Part shown: positions 53,198 to 64,000 of the stretch, in pieces
Layout of the letters: each line of letters opens with the position of its first letter
Position numbering within the stretch: position 1 is the first letter of the stretch
From: Octopus sinensis
Taxonomy: Eukaryota
Length of the DNA: 64,000 bases
Assembly: GCF_006345805.1 (NCBI RefSeq)
Contig: NC_042998.1
Location: forward strand, 71,424,001-71,488,000
Reading direction: 5' to 3'
Program-made: the position numbers and the translations under genes
The notes under the pieces: generated by a model
The model's input: the letters and a program-made list of their open reading frames with translations, nothing else
The model's database searches: none
What the model was told of the DNA's origin: nothing

Positions 53198-55191
53198 GTT
53201 CTCGCTCAAACACGGGGTTATCGCATCTAGATTAAAGATGTTTTCTGTATCTTCTGATGGCTTGGTTATCAATGATTCTTCCTACGTATACCATTATGTT
53301 CTATACTCAAAACAATGTCATTTTGCATATGAAGGGATCAATTTGTTGTTTACGTAAGTTTATATATTTTATGATATCCAACAGTGGCTAGTGAGAATGC
53401 AAGATGCATTTTACCTCGTTCTGCATCGTCAATACCATGAAATCACAACCAAAGATATTTCTCACCAGCGATATATAGGAAAATAATGAATAGAGAATCG
53501 CTGTGGTTGCGTATAGTCGCTGGTGTTGTGTATATTTTGAGTATCCTAGTGTGATTAAATATTCACCAAGAATGTGGACACGGGCAGAACATTTTATTCT
53601 CACATAAAGTAACTCCAGTGTGATAGCAACTGAAGCAATGCTGCTTATACACATTTCATGTCACAAACAGGTTATTGGGTATAAAAAAAGCCTGTTAAAA
53701 GCAAAACAAAATTACTAACGTATATACTTTGATATCCACCATGACATCCATATCCAAATGGTATCAATTAGTACAACTACAAAAAAATATTATTTGTGTA
53801 CCTATCTGTGTTTTTAAAATCTCGGATTCCACTGTAAGTGTGTTATCAAGTAGAGTCAGTTTGAAGAAACAAAACTGACGATCCATTTACAAATTTCCTC
53901 CCTTCGGAAATTAATTATTAAATTATGTACATATATTCCTCTCGTATGTAAATGATTAACTATATTTTCTTACACACCAAATCCCACAAGCTTTTGTGTT
54001 TACTCTACTCATTTTTTAATATATACATATATATAGACATGTCTATAAATTTCCTTCGTGTAACATAAAGAAAAGTTTTGTTTACAAAGCGGACTGTATT
54101 GTTCAAATCTCAATGGCTGTTTATTTTATGTTTCAGCATTTGCTTTGAAATAAAACACAAATCGATTTACTTGTCTATTCCCATGTTAAAATAATAACTC
54201 ACGATAATTATTTCTTGATCCCCATCTGTTGCTGCAATTTTTATTATTTACTTATTTTTTTTTGTTCACATTTCAAAACATATTCTTGTCGATTTTATTG
54301 CTCTTTGTCATGGTGTTTACAATATATACCATTCTTTGAAATAAAACAGAAACAAGTAAATTCCAGACAATAAAATTGCTGTTTATGAGTCGTCAGAAAA
54401 AAAAGACACATAAAGGAAAATATAAATGAAAACAAAAAAAAAAACTAATTTGTTGAATGCAAATACTCACTTTTACTTATGAACGTTCGAACTACGTAAA
54501 AGATTCTAAGCAGTGTTTATTTTGACATATTTTATAGCCAACTATAAAATATTCAGAAAGACGAATAGAAAGGAAGTTGAAAATATATTCAATTTCTTTA
54601 CATGTCTGTAGATGTGTGTGTTTTATTATTAGTTTGATGTGATATGGATATGTGATTACAAAAATGATTTTTCTTTTATCACTTGTATTTGCATGCGCGT
54701 GTCCGTGTTTAGGTGGTCCTTTTCAGCAACTGATACTTTAAATATGTAGTACGGATGATCTGCAAAATAACGTTTATACCTTCCATATTTCAAGATCCTA
54801 CTCTGATTTCGATTAGTATTTAAGCATTTATTATATACGAGAAGTAATAAAGGAAAATATCGAGGACTGAACTTGTAAATTAACAAATCTAGATATAATC
54901 TAAATTACTATATTTCCGAAGGACAATTTTCAGACTGCAATGAAAGATAGAAAGTTGCATGAATATATATCGAAACTGTAGTATTTACAATAAGTAAACA
55001 AGTATAGGTCTTTCTCAATAAAGTAAGACACATCACATATTTAGATGCAGTTATTGCAGTATTTGTCTCTTTTCCAAGAGAAGGTAGATAGTTTGACTAG
55101 ATAATAGAAATCCCTTACACCCAACAATTCGATTTACTTAACTTGATGAATATGTACCTTTGCACGATTAGCAATGATTATAAGTAATACC

Positions 55192-55302
<111 letters not shown>

Positions 55303-55757
55303 CATATATATATAGAAAAAGAAAGGGAGAGAGATTGGATAGTTATAATAAAAAATATTGAAAAACTAAATGTATGTCCGCTAACATCGAATAAAAATAC
55401 AATATGTAAATCACCCACTTTATCTGCCCCTCTCTTTCCCCACTGTATCTCCCCCTCTCTCTGCATATATGCTAAAATCTGGTCTTATATAGAGTAAATC
55501 TTGATAGTAAAGCCATTACGCGCGCTCGCGCGCAAACTCATATTTATGTTGTGTTCAATGAGGTGATGCGAGAGCATGTTTATTTCTATAAAGAACTAGA
55601 GCCTGCACGCAAGCAGAAGAAAATACGATTCCAGTTGTATATTACATTAAATAAGATGATGAGTATGTAAAAATAGTGACAAGATAAAATAGAAAATGTA
55701 GAGAAAAGCAATACAATATATACATACATATATAGTATATATATATATATACATATT

Positions 55758-55813
<56 letters not shown>

Positions 55814-56808
55814 TGTTTGTATGTGTGTGTGGGTGTATATATGTATGTATGTATGCAAGCATATATATATATACGTTTGCGTAGACTTTTTAAGCCTTTT
55901 CTTTTCAGATTAACTTTTCATGAAACAATTATTTTTAATGTTTACCACAGTTTTTCTTTATGTGACCCCACCACACACACACATATACATACATACACAC
56001 TCACACATGCACAGACACGCAAACACACACACGTACGCACACACAACAACACATGTATATAGTACATGTTTGAATTCGAAGTTAGCGAAAATATATTTTT
56101 TAGTATTATCTATTTCAGTTTTGTCTTTTTCATCCTCTTTTTCTTTTACATTGTTGCATGTATACATACATATGCACACTTATATGGATACACACACACA
56201 CACACACACACTACACACACACACACATATTTGTAGCCTGTATTCGCTATTTTGGGACTTTTATTACTCTGCGGCTGGCTTTTACTCCTTTGCTAGTACA
56301 CCCCTAATAATTTATCTCGTTAACTGTCTAGAATTGTTACTCTATCTTTCGTTGTTTCTTAATATCTATTTGACGCCATTGAGTAAAGTAAATTTATTAC
56401 TAGTCCTCCCGCTCCATTTCTTCTCTACCAAACATCCATTTTCTTTCCTTTAATGACGTCTCTAAATACGCCCATCTTATTTCCTTCTATAATAACCTCC
56501 TCTAACAAATACTTCATAGTCCATTTGATTTTAGTTTTGTTTTGTTCTTTCTTTCTTTCTTTTTTCTTTCCTTCATTCTTTCTTTCTTTCTTTCTTTCTT
56601 TCTTCAGCTAGCCATTCATTGCTGTTGGGAGTTTGATTATTCGTTTGTTCATCTCCACGTAACAATGGACACAACTCACAGGTAATAAAACCTGAAGATT
56701 AGCTAATCGCAATGAAACGCTCATAGTCCGTGTTTTGCCTGTTCCATTCTTTACCTTCTTCCATGTATGTGTGTGTGTATGTATTTGTGTGTGCTTCTTA
56801 TATATATA

Positions 56809-57380
56809 CAGTAGCGGGCAAAAAAAGCTACTTTCGTCCAAATCATGTGAAAAAGATGAGAAAGATTAGAATCCTTCAGAAATTTCTGGAAATTTCAAAC
56901 GCTGTTTACATTTGCAATCTCACCGTTACAACCGTTTCAGTATTGTGCTAACTTCCGAACATGACACTTCACGCCAAGTCTACTCCCGACCTCCGAAAAT
57001 AAATTGTTAGGATGAAAGTTTCACGAATGACTCTGTCGGCTATTTCACGAGACATAAGGAGTTCTAAGATTGTAGTTTCACGTGTTCTTAAGCTCTATGA
57101 AGAAAGTAAAAGTTTTGAACCGAAAAAGGCGATTGGAGGACCAAGCAAAACCAACATGCGAAATGATCGAGCGATACGTATTGATGGATCCTTTCGTGAG
57201 TGCGGCTAGAATTCCTAAGAAAATTAAAGTAAATAATGGTACGGAAATGAGCCGCTTTACTATGTCTCGTCGTCTGAAGGAATTTGCATTAAAGATTTGT
57301 TCCCCGGCAATGAAACTTTCCATAAGCAAGAAGAACAAATTGGAAAGATTTTCCACGTTTTTCCACGTCCTAATTTGAGA
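56809..57380 (+). mobile_element. Tc1-like transposon 5' part (TIR start and DNA-binding region only)
   Basis: TA|CAGT terminus. ATG at 56961 gives an HTH-like region (SAISRDI..SKIVVSRVLKLYEE), GGPSKT..RNDRAI (GRPR-like) and DPFVSA...SRFTMSRRLKE. No DDE domain or right TIR seen. Confidence 0.85.
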
Positions 57381-57877
57381 CATTCTAACTTCCATTGGCA
57401 AACAGCCCGTACCTTAAGTTTCATACAAGCTTTTCTGATAGCTGTGATTGTTTTTCTGAAACACTAGGGTACGAAACCGATTCATCAAATCGGTTGAAAC
57501 AGTTCTGTAATACTTAATATTATAATCAGCAAACTAGTGGGGATGGCGTAAAAGGCAGAAGGTTAAAGAAAAACAATCATGACACATGTAAAGAAAACAT
57601 AGGGTCGCAAATTCTTTGAACTTAGGTAGTCGGCAAATACCTACTACGTGATTGTTTCAGATGCTAGGCTCACCGTCCTGTAGGACAAGTGTCGGGAAAC
57701 CCTCAGCTGAAAAAAGTCATGCTATGTATCAAGACAGGCTTTGTTCTTCAGAATCATGAAAAAACTCATGCCTTTAAATAATTCTTACACTCTAAACGCT
57801 ACAATTCGACATACACAGGATTAGAACTCCCGCACCTGGAACTGTGTTGCTGTTTTACTCAAACACACACACACGCA

Positions 57878-57910
<33 letters not shown>

Positions 57911-58044
57911 TAGACACACACACACACAAGCACACACATACATAGACACATTCTACACTGCATTAAAATGCTACTTTGTTGATTTTTTTATGAAGTTACA
58001 AATACATCGCATATCACAAACATGATGCTTTTTTTCTCAGTCAA

Positions 58045-58412
58045 TTCTTCCCGTTGCACCTTAGCCAAGTGACTTCTGCTATAACCTCGGGACGGGAAAT
58101 GGTTTATCAGAGGATTTGGTAGGCGGAAACTGAAAGAGGACCGTCGTATATATGAATGTATGTACCTGTGTGTGTGTGTCTCTTTGTGAATATATATACC
58201 TGTGTGAATATATATACCTGTGTGCGTGTAGCTTTTTGTGTCTATGTCTGCCACTTTACATCACCACTTGACGATCAGTGGTTCGGCAAAATTAACCGAT
58301 AGGATAATTACTAGGCTTAAAGTGTAAGTCCCGGGATATATTTGTTCGAATAAAACCCTTCAAGGCGGTGCCCCAGCATGGTCACAGTCAAATGACTGAA
58401 ACAAGGAAAAGT
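58045..58412 (+). mobile_element. CORE-like SINE, 5' truncated
   Basis: gcaccttagccaagtgacttc core and tail aaggcggtgccccagcatggtcacagtcaaatgactgaaac. Confidence 0.87.
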
Positions 58413-59223
58413 AAATAAAACAATAAAGCAATGCTCACTACAACTTTACTGTATAGTCACGATCTGGATGGTCACGTTGACAATGCAGACTATCTAATAT
58501 CTAAGTTAATAGTATATAGTATTAACTTTTCATGTTTAATTAATGTTTGTTCTATGTCCAAGTAAGAAAAATGAATTAATTAGGTTCCTTTATAAGCTGG
58601 ATATGTTGTGGCTCTATCAGTTTACATATCACAAGACCTTCGGAACCTTGCGTCGTCGAATAGAATACAAAAGAAATGGAATTTCATTTAGTACATATTG
58701 AATATCTAAGGATTTCCTGGAATGTGTATGCATATGGAGTGATTACAAACGTTAGCTGCGAAGGTGGTCGTTTATTGTTTCAGATGAAATGAGATCATTA
58801 ATAGTTAATCACGATCACAAAGGTGAAATTGTGGAAAGGAAATAATATAATTGCTTCGTTTCTTGATAATTAGGAATGACTAAAGACTTGCACGGAACAG
58901 TATCGTAATAAAAGGCAAGCGATTTGATGATAGTGGTTCCTTCGTAAATATATTAATTTGACCTGATCAGGTTGCTGCAGCTAAGGGACTTTAATTGAGT
59001 TGAATAGAAGTTTTTATAGACGGAATACGATTGCTAAGAAGATTACAAGAATTATCAGGAATATCAAGTTGGGTATGGAATATAATTCTGGATGTAGCCG
59101 TTTCTTTCCTGGTGCAATATCTAATCAAGATAGGAAGAACAAAGTGAGGGAATAATGTCCGTTGCCGTTTCAATTAGAAGATAATAAGTACGATGGAGAA
59201 AAAATAGAAGGAAAAGCAGAAGG

Positions 59224-59278
59224 ATAAGAAGAAGAAGAAGAAGAAGTAGAAGAAGAAGAAGAAGAAGAAGAAGAAGAA
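59224..59278. repeat. (GAA)n microsatellite
   Basis: Direct reading. Confidence 0.95.
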
Positions 59279-60150
59279 CCATGAGGTGAAACTAATATTG
59301 AAATTTACGCAGAAAATATTTGCTAATATTTCAGTCAGTCAAGAACTGGGAGAGCAAGAAAATCGATATCTCATTTGGTATGATGGAAATAATTTCTTTT
59401 ATTGAAGAATAAAATTAAATTTAGGATAAAATAATTAAATGGATGACAATTCGAATCATTAAAAGATGACGATACCGGTTATTGACTCGTCTGAAATATT
59501 AAAATTTTTTGTAGATAATGTTAGAATTTCATACACACACGCGCACACGTATTCATATATAAATACACATACACACACACTCATACATATATATATATAT
59601 GGCTATATGGAGAACAATAATTACAGAATAAAACATAGAAATTATGTAATGTCTTAACTCGACAGGTGTTTCAGGAATCTGAAGTTGAGGGCATTGTTAT
59701 GAGAGACAATGAGAGGAAGAAGAGCAAACACAACATACAGTGAAAAGCACAGGTAGAGATGAAACAGAGAGAAGCGAAGAAGACAAGGGTAAGACCAACC
59801 TGCCAAAAGCGTACGTCAAATTAATTTTACGCAGATAATGCAGTGGATTGTAGAGATAAGCATAGATGTGAAAAGAAAAAATGAGCTTGGGATTAGTGAT
59901 GGAGAAAGTATGCTTAAATAAGAGGAGCAATTACTCTGATTGCTATTTACAATATCAGTTCATCAGAATTCTTAAAGTTGTAAAGGAAAATAAGGCTAAA
60001 GTAAAAAAAGAAATGGTATCAAGATGGTGCACCATGGATCGAACATGGGGGATTTGGGAATGAATCTAAGTGTTTCATCATATAGCTAAATATTCAGTCG
60101 CTAAAAATGATTAATAATTTTTTTTTTTTGCATCAATATTGTGTGTATAT

Positions 60151-60975
60151 CGGGCGCCGAGCTGGCAGAAACGTTAACACGCCGGGCGAAATGCTTAGCA
60201 GTATTTCGTCTGCCGCTCCGTTCTGAGTTCAAATTCCGCCGAAGTCAACTTTGTCTTTCATCCTTTCGGAATCGATTAAATAAGTACCAGTTACGCACTG
60301 GGGTCGATATAATCGTCTAATACGTTTGTCTGTTCCTGTTTGTCCTCTCTGTGTTTAGCTCCTTGTGTGTAGTAAAGAAATAGGTATTTCATCTGCCGCT
60401 ACGTTCTGAGTTCAAATTCAGCCGAGGTCGACTTTGCCCCTTCATCTTTTCGGGGTCGATTAAATAAGTACCAGTTACGCACTGGGGTCGATATAATCGA
60501 CTTAATCCGTTTGTCTGTCCTTGTTTGTCCTCTCTGTGTTTAGCCCCTTGTGTGCTCAAAGAAATAGGTATTTCGTTTGTCTTTACGTTTAAAGGCGGCG
60601 AGCTGGCAGAATAGTTAGCACGCCGGTTGAAATTCTTAGCGGTATTTCGTCTGCCGTTACGTTTTGAGTTCAAATTCCGTGAGGTCAACTTTGCCTTTCA
60701 TCCTTTCGGGGTCGATTAAATAAGTACCAGTTACGCACTGGGGTCGATATAATCGATTTATCCGTTTGTCTGTTCTTGTTTGTCCTCTCTGTGTTTAGCC
60801 CCTTGTGGCTAGTAAAGAAATAGGTATTTCGTCTGCCGTTACGTTCTGAGTTCAAATTCCCCTGAGGCCGAATTTGCCTTTCAGTTATGCACTGGTGTCG
60901 ATGTAATCGGCGTAATCCTTTTATGTGACTTTGTCCCCTCTATGCTTAGTCTCATGTGGGCAATAAAGAAATAAA
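60151..60975 (+). mobile_element. Tandem array of the Nin/Deu-like SINE (2 heads, 4 bodies)
   Basis: Heads at about 60151 and 60594; bodies restart at gtatttc at 60201, 60384, 60642 and 60824, with a short aborted restart at 60568. Confidence 0.92.
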
Positions 60976-61839
60976 TATCATATCTATATATCAATGAACT
61001 GAAACATGTTTAAAGTGGTTTTCTGTTCATGTTATTTGAATTCTAATTGTATAGTCGATAAATTCGTATTTTTCATTTCAATGTGTAAATATGGAAAGAA
61101 TTCAAATTTAATAGTGTTTATTGTTATTTTAGACTTGGGAATGTGATTAAATTTTACAACTCCCATATATGAGTATTATATTTGGGTTAGGTAAGTAATG
61201 CTGAATGCTTCATAATAATATGGAAATGGACGGAGTTCATGTATGAAAGGCACACATTCATAGGAAATCATATTTAAATTGGTTTTTGAATAATTCCTTT
61301 GACAATTTCATGGATTGTCTGTAGACATTGATGAATGTAAAACATGAATAAACTACATGTATTCAACTATATATATATTAACTATGCAACTATCGATAGA
61401 CAAATACGTTGCTCCTTTCCAGTGAGGAAGCTGACGTCAAACTACAGTATTAGAAACTTGCTGCAATTAAATTATTGATGCCGGGGTGTTATATGTTGTT
61501 ATTCCCTGGTTTGTTGAGGAAAAAGTAGAACATATAAAGAAAATGCTTAATAATATTTGTAATATAATATATCACTATGATATATTTCCATAAAATATTC
61601 ATCGACTCCCACAAGCGCCGACTTTATATTGCTAGTCTCAAGATCGATTATGGTTTAGTATATTTTCCAATGTGTAATGTAACCCAATGATCAGAAACAT
61701 CTTTTAATATTTTAACGCTCACAAACACTAAACTTACTATTATTCTCATAGTTTTCTCGCCCAGATAAGATATATAAATAATTACGTTTCAAAGGGAATC
61801 GAATAATATTATTACAAGTATAACATTATGTTGCTGATA

Positions 61840-62530
61840 TACATTTTAAAGCAAGATAAATCAATGAAATAAAATTTGTAGTTATTTCAACAGAATCAAT
61901 TCAAAAGTGATAGTTATAGTAATGTTCACAGTTTTATAGGCAGAAGAAGAGAAGCTGCAACTTATTTAGAAATTGTTCTATCTCAACTGAGGAACTGTTG
62001 ACAAGTATATGACATCTCTTGATACATTAGGAACTCAAATGTAATTCACAAAAATTACTAACACAATGCATTCCTTTGTGTGACGTCTCTCTCGATTTAA
62101 ATTCCGTCAACTGAAGTGTGTTTCTGATTTCGTTCACGTCTTAATTACTGTTTCTACTTAATATTAATAATTTACATTGGAGCAGAAGCTTTACACTCGT
62201 AGTTACGTCTCACATGTTGTGAGTTCAAGACATGATTAAGTTATTTTTACTTCTGCTCCTTTCGGGGTTCATGATATGAAATAACAATCAAATATTTGAG
62301 TCCATGACATTGGTTGCACCCTCCCATTGTTACTGCTGGATGTGTCTAAATCAGAAATCCATATTATCTTCGCTGTGACACTTCCGACAACAGCCTGCAG
62401 CTTCATAGCTGTAACCGTTATAGTAACCGTTAGAAACATTAGCGGGACTTCGACGGCGCAGACCGTAGGGATATTTAGACATAAAACAATTAACGTATGT
62501 ACCACTAAGACATATTCAGAACGTTTTTAT
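61840..62530 (-). pseudogene. Possible rhodopsin-family GPCR pseudogene fragment (TM5-TM7-like)
   Basis: VEVPLMFLTVTITVTAMKLQ (TM5-like, ORF 62269..62505), SRERRHTKECIVLVIFVNYI*VP (TM6-like), TTNFISLIYLA (TM7-like), in the right order but disrupted. Pattern recognition only. Confidence 0.3.
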
Positions 62531-62837
62531 ACGTTTATGTAGAAAAGTGTTTGTACTACAATAGCTATATTGGACAATAGTCATTTTAGTTATTTAAAAC
62601 ACTGAGAAACATGTTCATATCAATATTTTCTCGCATAAATAATGCAGAATACCATTTTCAGAAATATGTATTTCAAAATTTTCATCGATAAATAATGAAT
62701 GAAAATCTTGGGAGAAATTTTCTTGGTGGATAATTTCATATTGACTACAATTTACAGTTTACAGAGGCAAGGCGGCCACATAAATTCCATTTGTGTTTAA
62801 GGCGTCCAGCACATGTTCTAAAGACATTAATTTACAT

Positions 62838-62875
62838 AGGCGCGGGAGTGACTGTGTGGTAAGTAGCTTGCTTAC
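62838..62875 (+). mobile_element. 5' 38 bp of the CORE-like SINE head, interrupted
   Basis: aggcgcgggagtgactgtgtggtaagtagcttgcttac, then an abrupt switch to unrelated sequence. Confidence 0.85.
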
Positions 62876-64000
62876 TTCACAACTGAAGAGTTCGCGTGTT
62901 TAGACGCTCCAAAGTCACGTCGTTCTACGTAAAAATATTGAGAAACTGAAGCACGACTACAGGTAAGGCGTTTATTTTTTCTTTTAAGGAGCTTAGTGGA
63001 GTCCGTTGGTTCGTAATTAATAACTTTTGACGAGCAAAGGTCTCCATTGGGTTATTCGCCTGCCTGTGATCGTGCAAAAAGACTCACTGTGTTGAGAGAA
63101 TTTTGGTTTTTCAGGGGGCGTATCCCCTCTGAAGATATATGATTTTATGTGACTGTGTGCACTTCGTACATTTTTACCAATTGGAATACAACCAGAATTT
63201 TACCATTTGGTGTATAATCAGGAATTTTTTGCAGTTATTTTCGCGCCGTAAGGGATTTTTAACTGTGCTACAAACGATTCCCTGAGTTGACTTTTGTTGT
63301 CATTTGAACTGCCTGCGTTCGTTCTTTTTGTCTTGTCTGTCTTTCTGCTCTTTTTTGTGTTTGCATTAGAGACTTTTATTTGAACATTTTTTATTTTGTT
63401 GTGAACTTTTATATTTTAGTTTATTCTATTAATGGCAACCAAATATATGAAAGCCTTGGAGTGGTGAATTGTGGCCCGCAAGGAGTGGCTAAAAACTATG
63501 ATGAGAAAAACTATGATGAGAGACCGGGATACCATCTGTGTATTCCCTCAGAGTGAAATTGAAGAAGAGTTGGCAGGATTTGAGCCAACTTATAGGTTCA
63601 TACGTAGGGGTGCACACCCCTATGGAGGCTCAGAAATTTACGAGCCAACCTATAGAGGGGAGGAAGATCTTGTTCCTCCCCACTTATGGTGTGCGTAAAT
63701 TGACAAGAGCCTGGGTGTGTGGTCTGCCACCCGCTATTGTAGCTGAATGGATAGAAGCTTCTATCTGTCGAGGCCCCACCAGGCTCTTGAATGTAAATAT
63801 ACTGCCTGTGGTCGATCGGGTAGGGTCAAAAGCTATTTTGACCCCATGGGTCCAATCGGCCGAAGATCTGGTTTGACCAGATTTCTTGACAATTGACGAT
63901 TCTAGGCACCCGGTGATCATTGAGAGACCCCCTACCCCCAAGTATCACCTGTGCCTGGAATCAGGGCACATGAAGAAGAACTGTTGCCGAGACCAGGTGA
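62876..64000 (+). mobile_element. 5' UTR and decayed ORF1 of an L1/Tx1-like LINE (runs off the window)
   Basis: LPTYGVRKLTRAWVCGLPPAIVAEWI (RRM-like) and the degenerate zinc knuckle YHLCLESGHMKKNC (Cx2Cx4Hx4C with first C changed to Y) at 63943-63984. Confidence 0.65.

Overview
AT-rich eukaryotic non-coding DNA. The SINE families and dense (TA)n/(CA)n/(ATCT)n microsatellites suggest a cephalopod, probably Octopus (inferred). No intact host protein-coding gene is supportable, and most ORF-track entries are translated microsatellites. The window is mostly decayed mobile elements: CR1-like and RTE LINEs, restriction-like-endonuclease LINEs (Dong/R4-like, HERO-like), Penelope-like elements (PLEs) with GIY-YIG remnants, mariner, Tc1 and possible hAT relics, an LTR-like unit, an L1/Tx1-like 5' end, and two tRNA-derived SINE families. 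The most interesting signal is a young non-coding element at 22507-23318, inserted in (TA)n. It consists of about 1.35 copies of a ~600-nt unit and carries an intact type I hammerhead ribozyme with an unusually long stem II and a palindromic stem III, which is a retrozyme-like architecture. Three further degraded hammerhead-like motifs with different sequences occur in the window, all on the minus strand.
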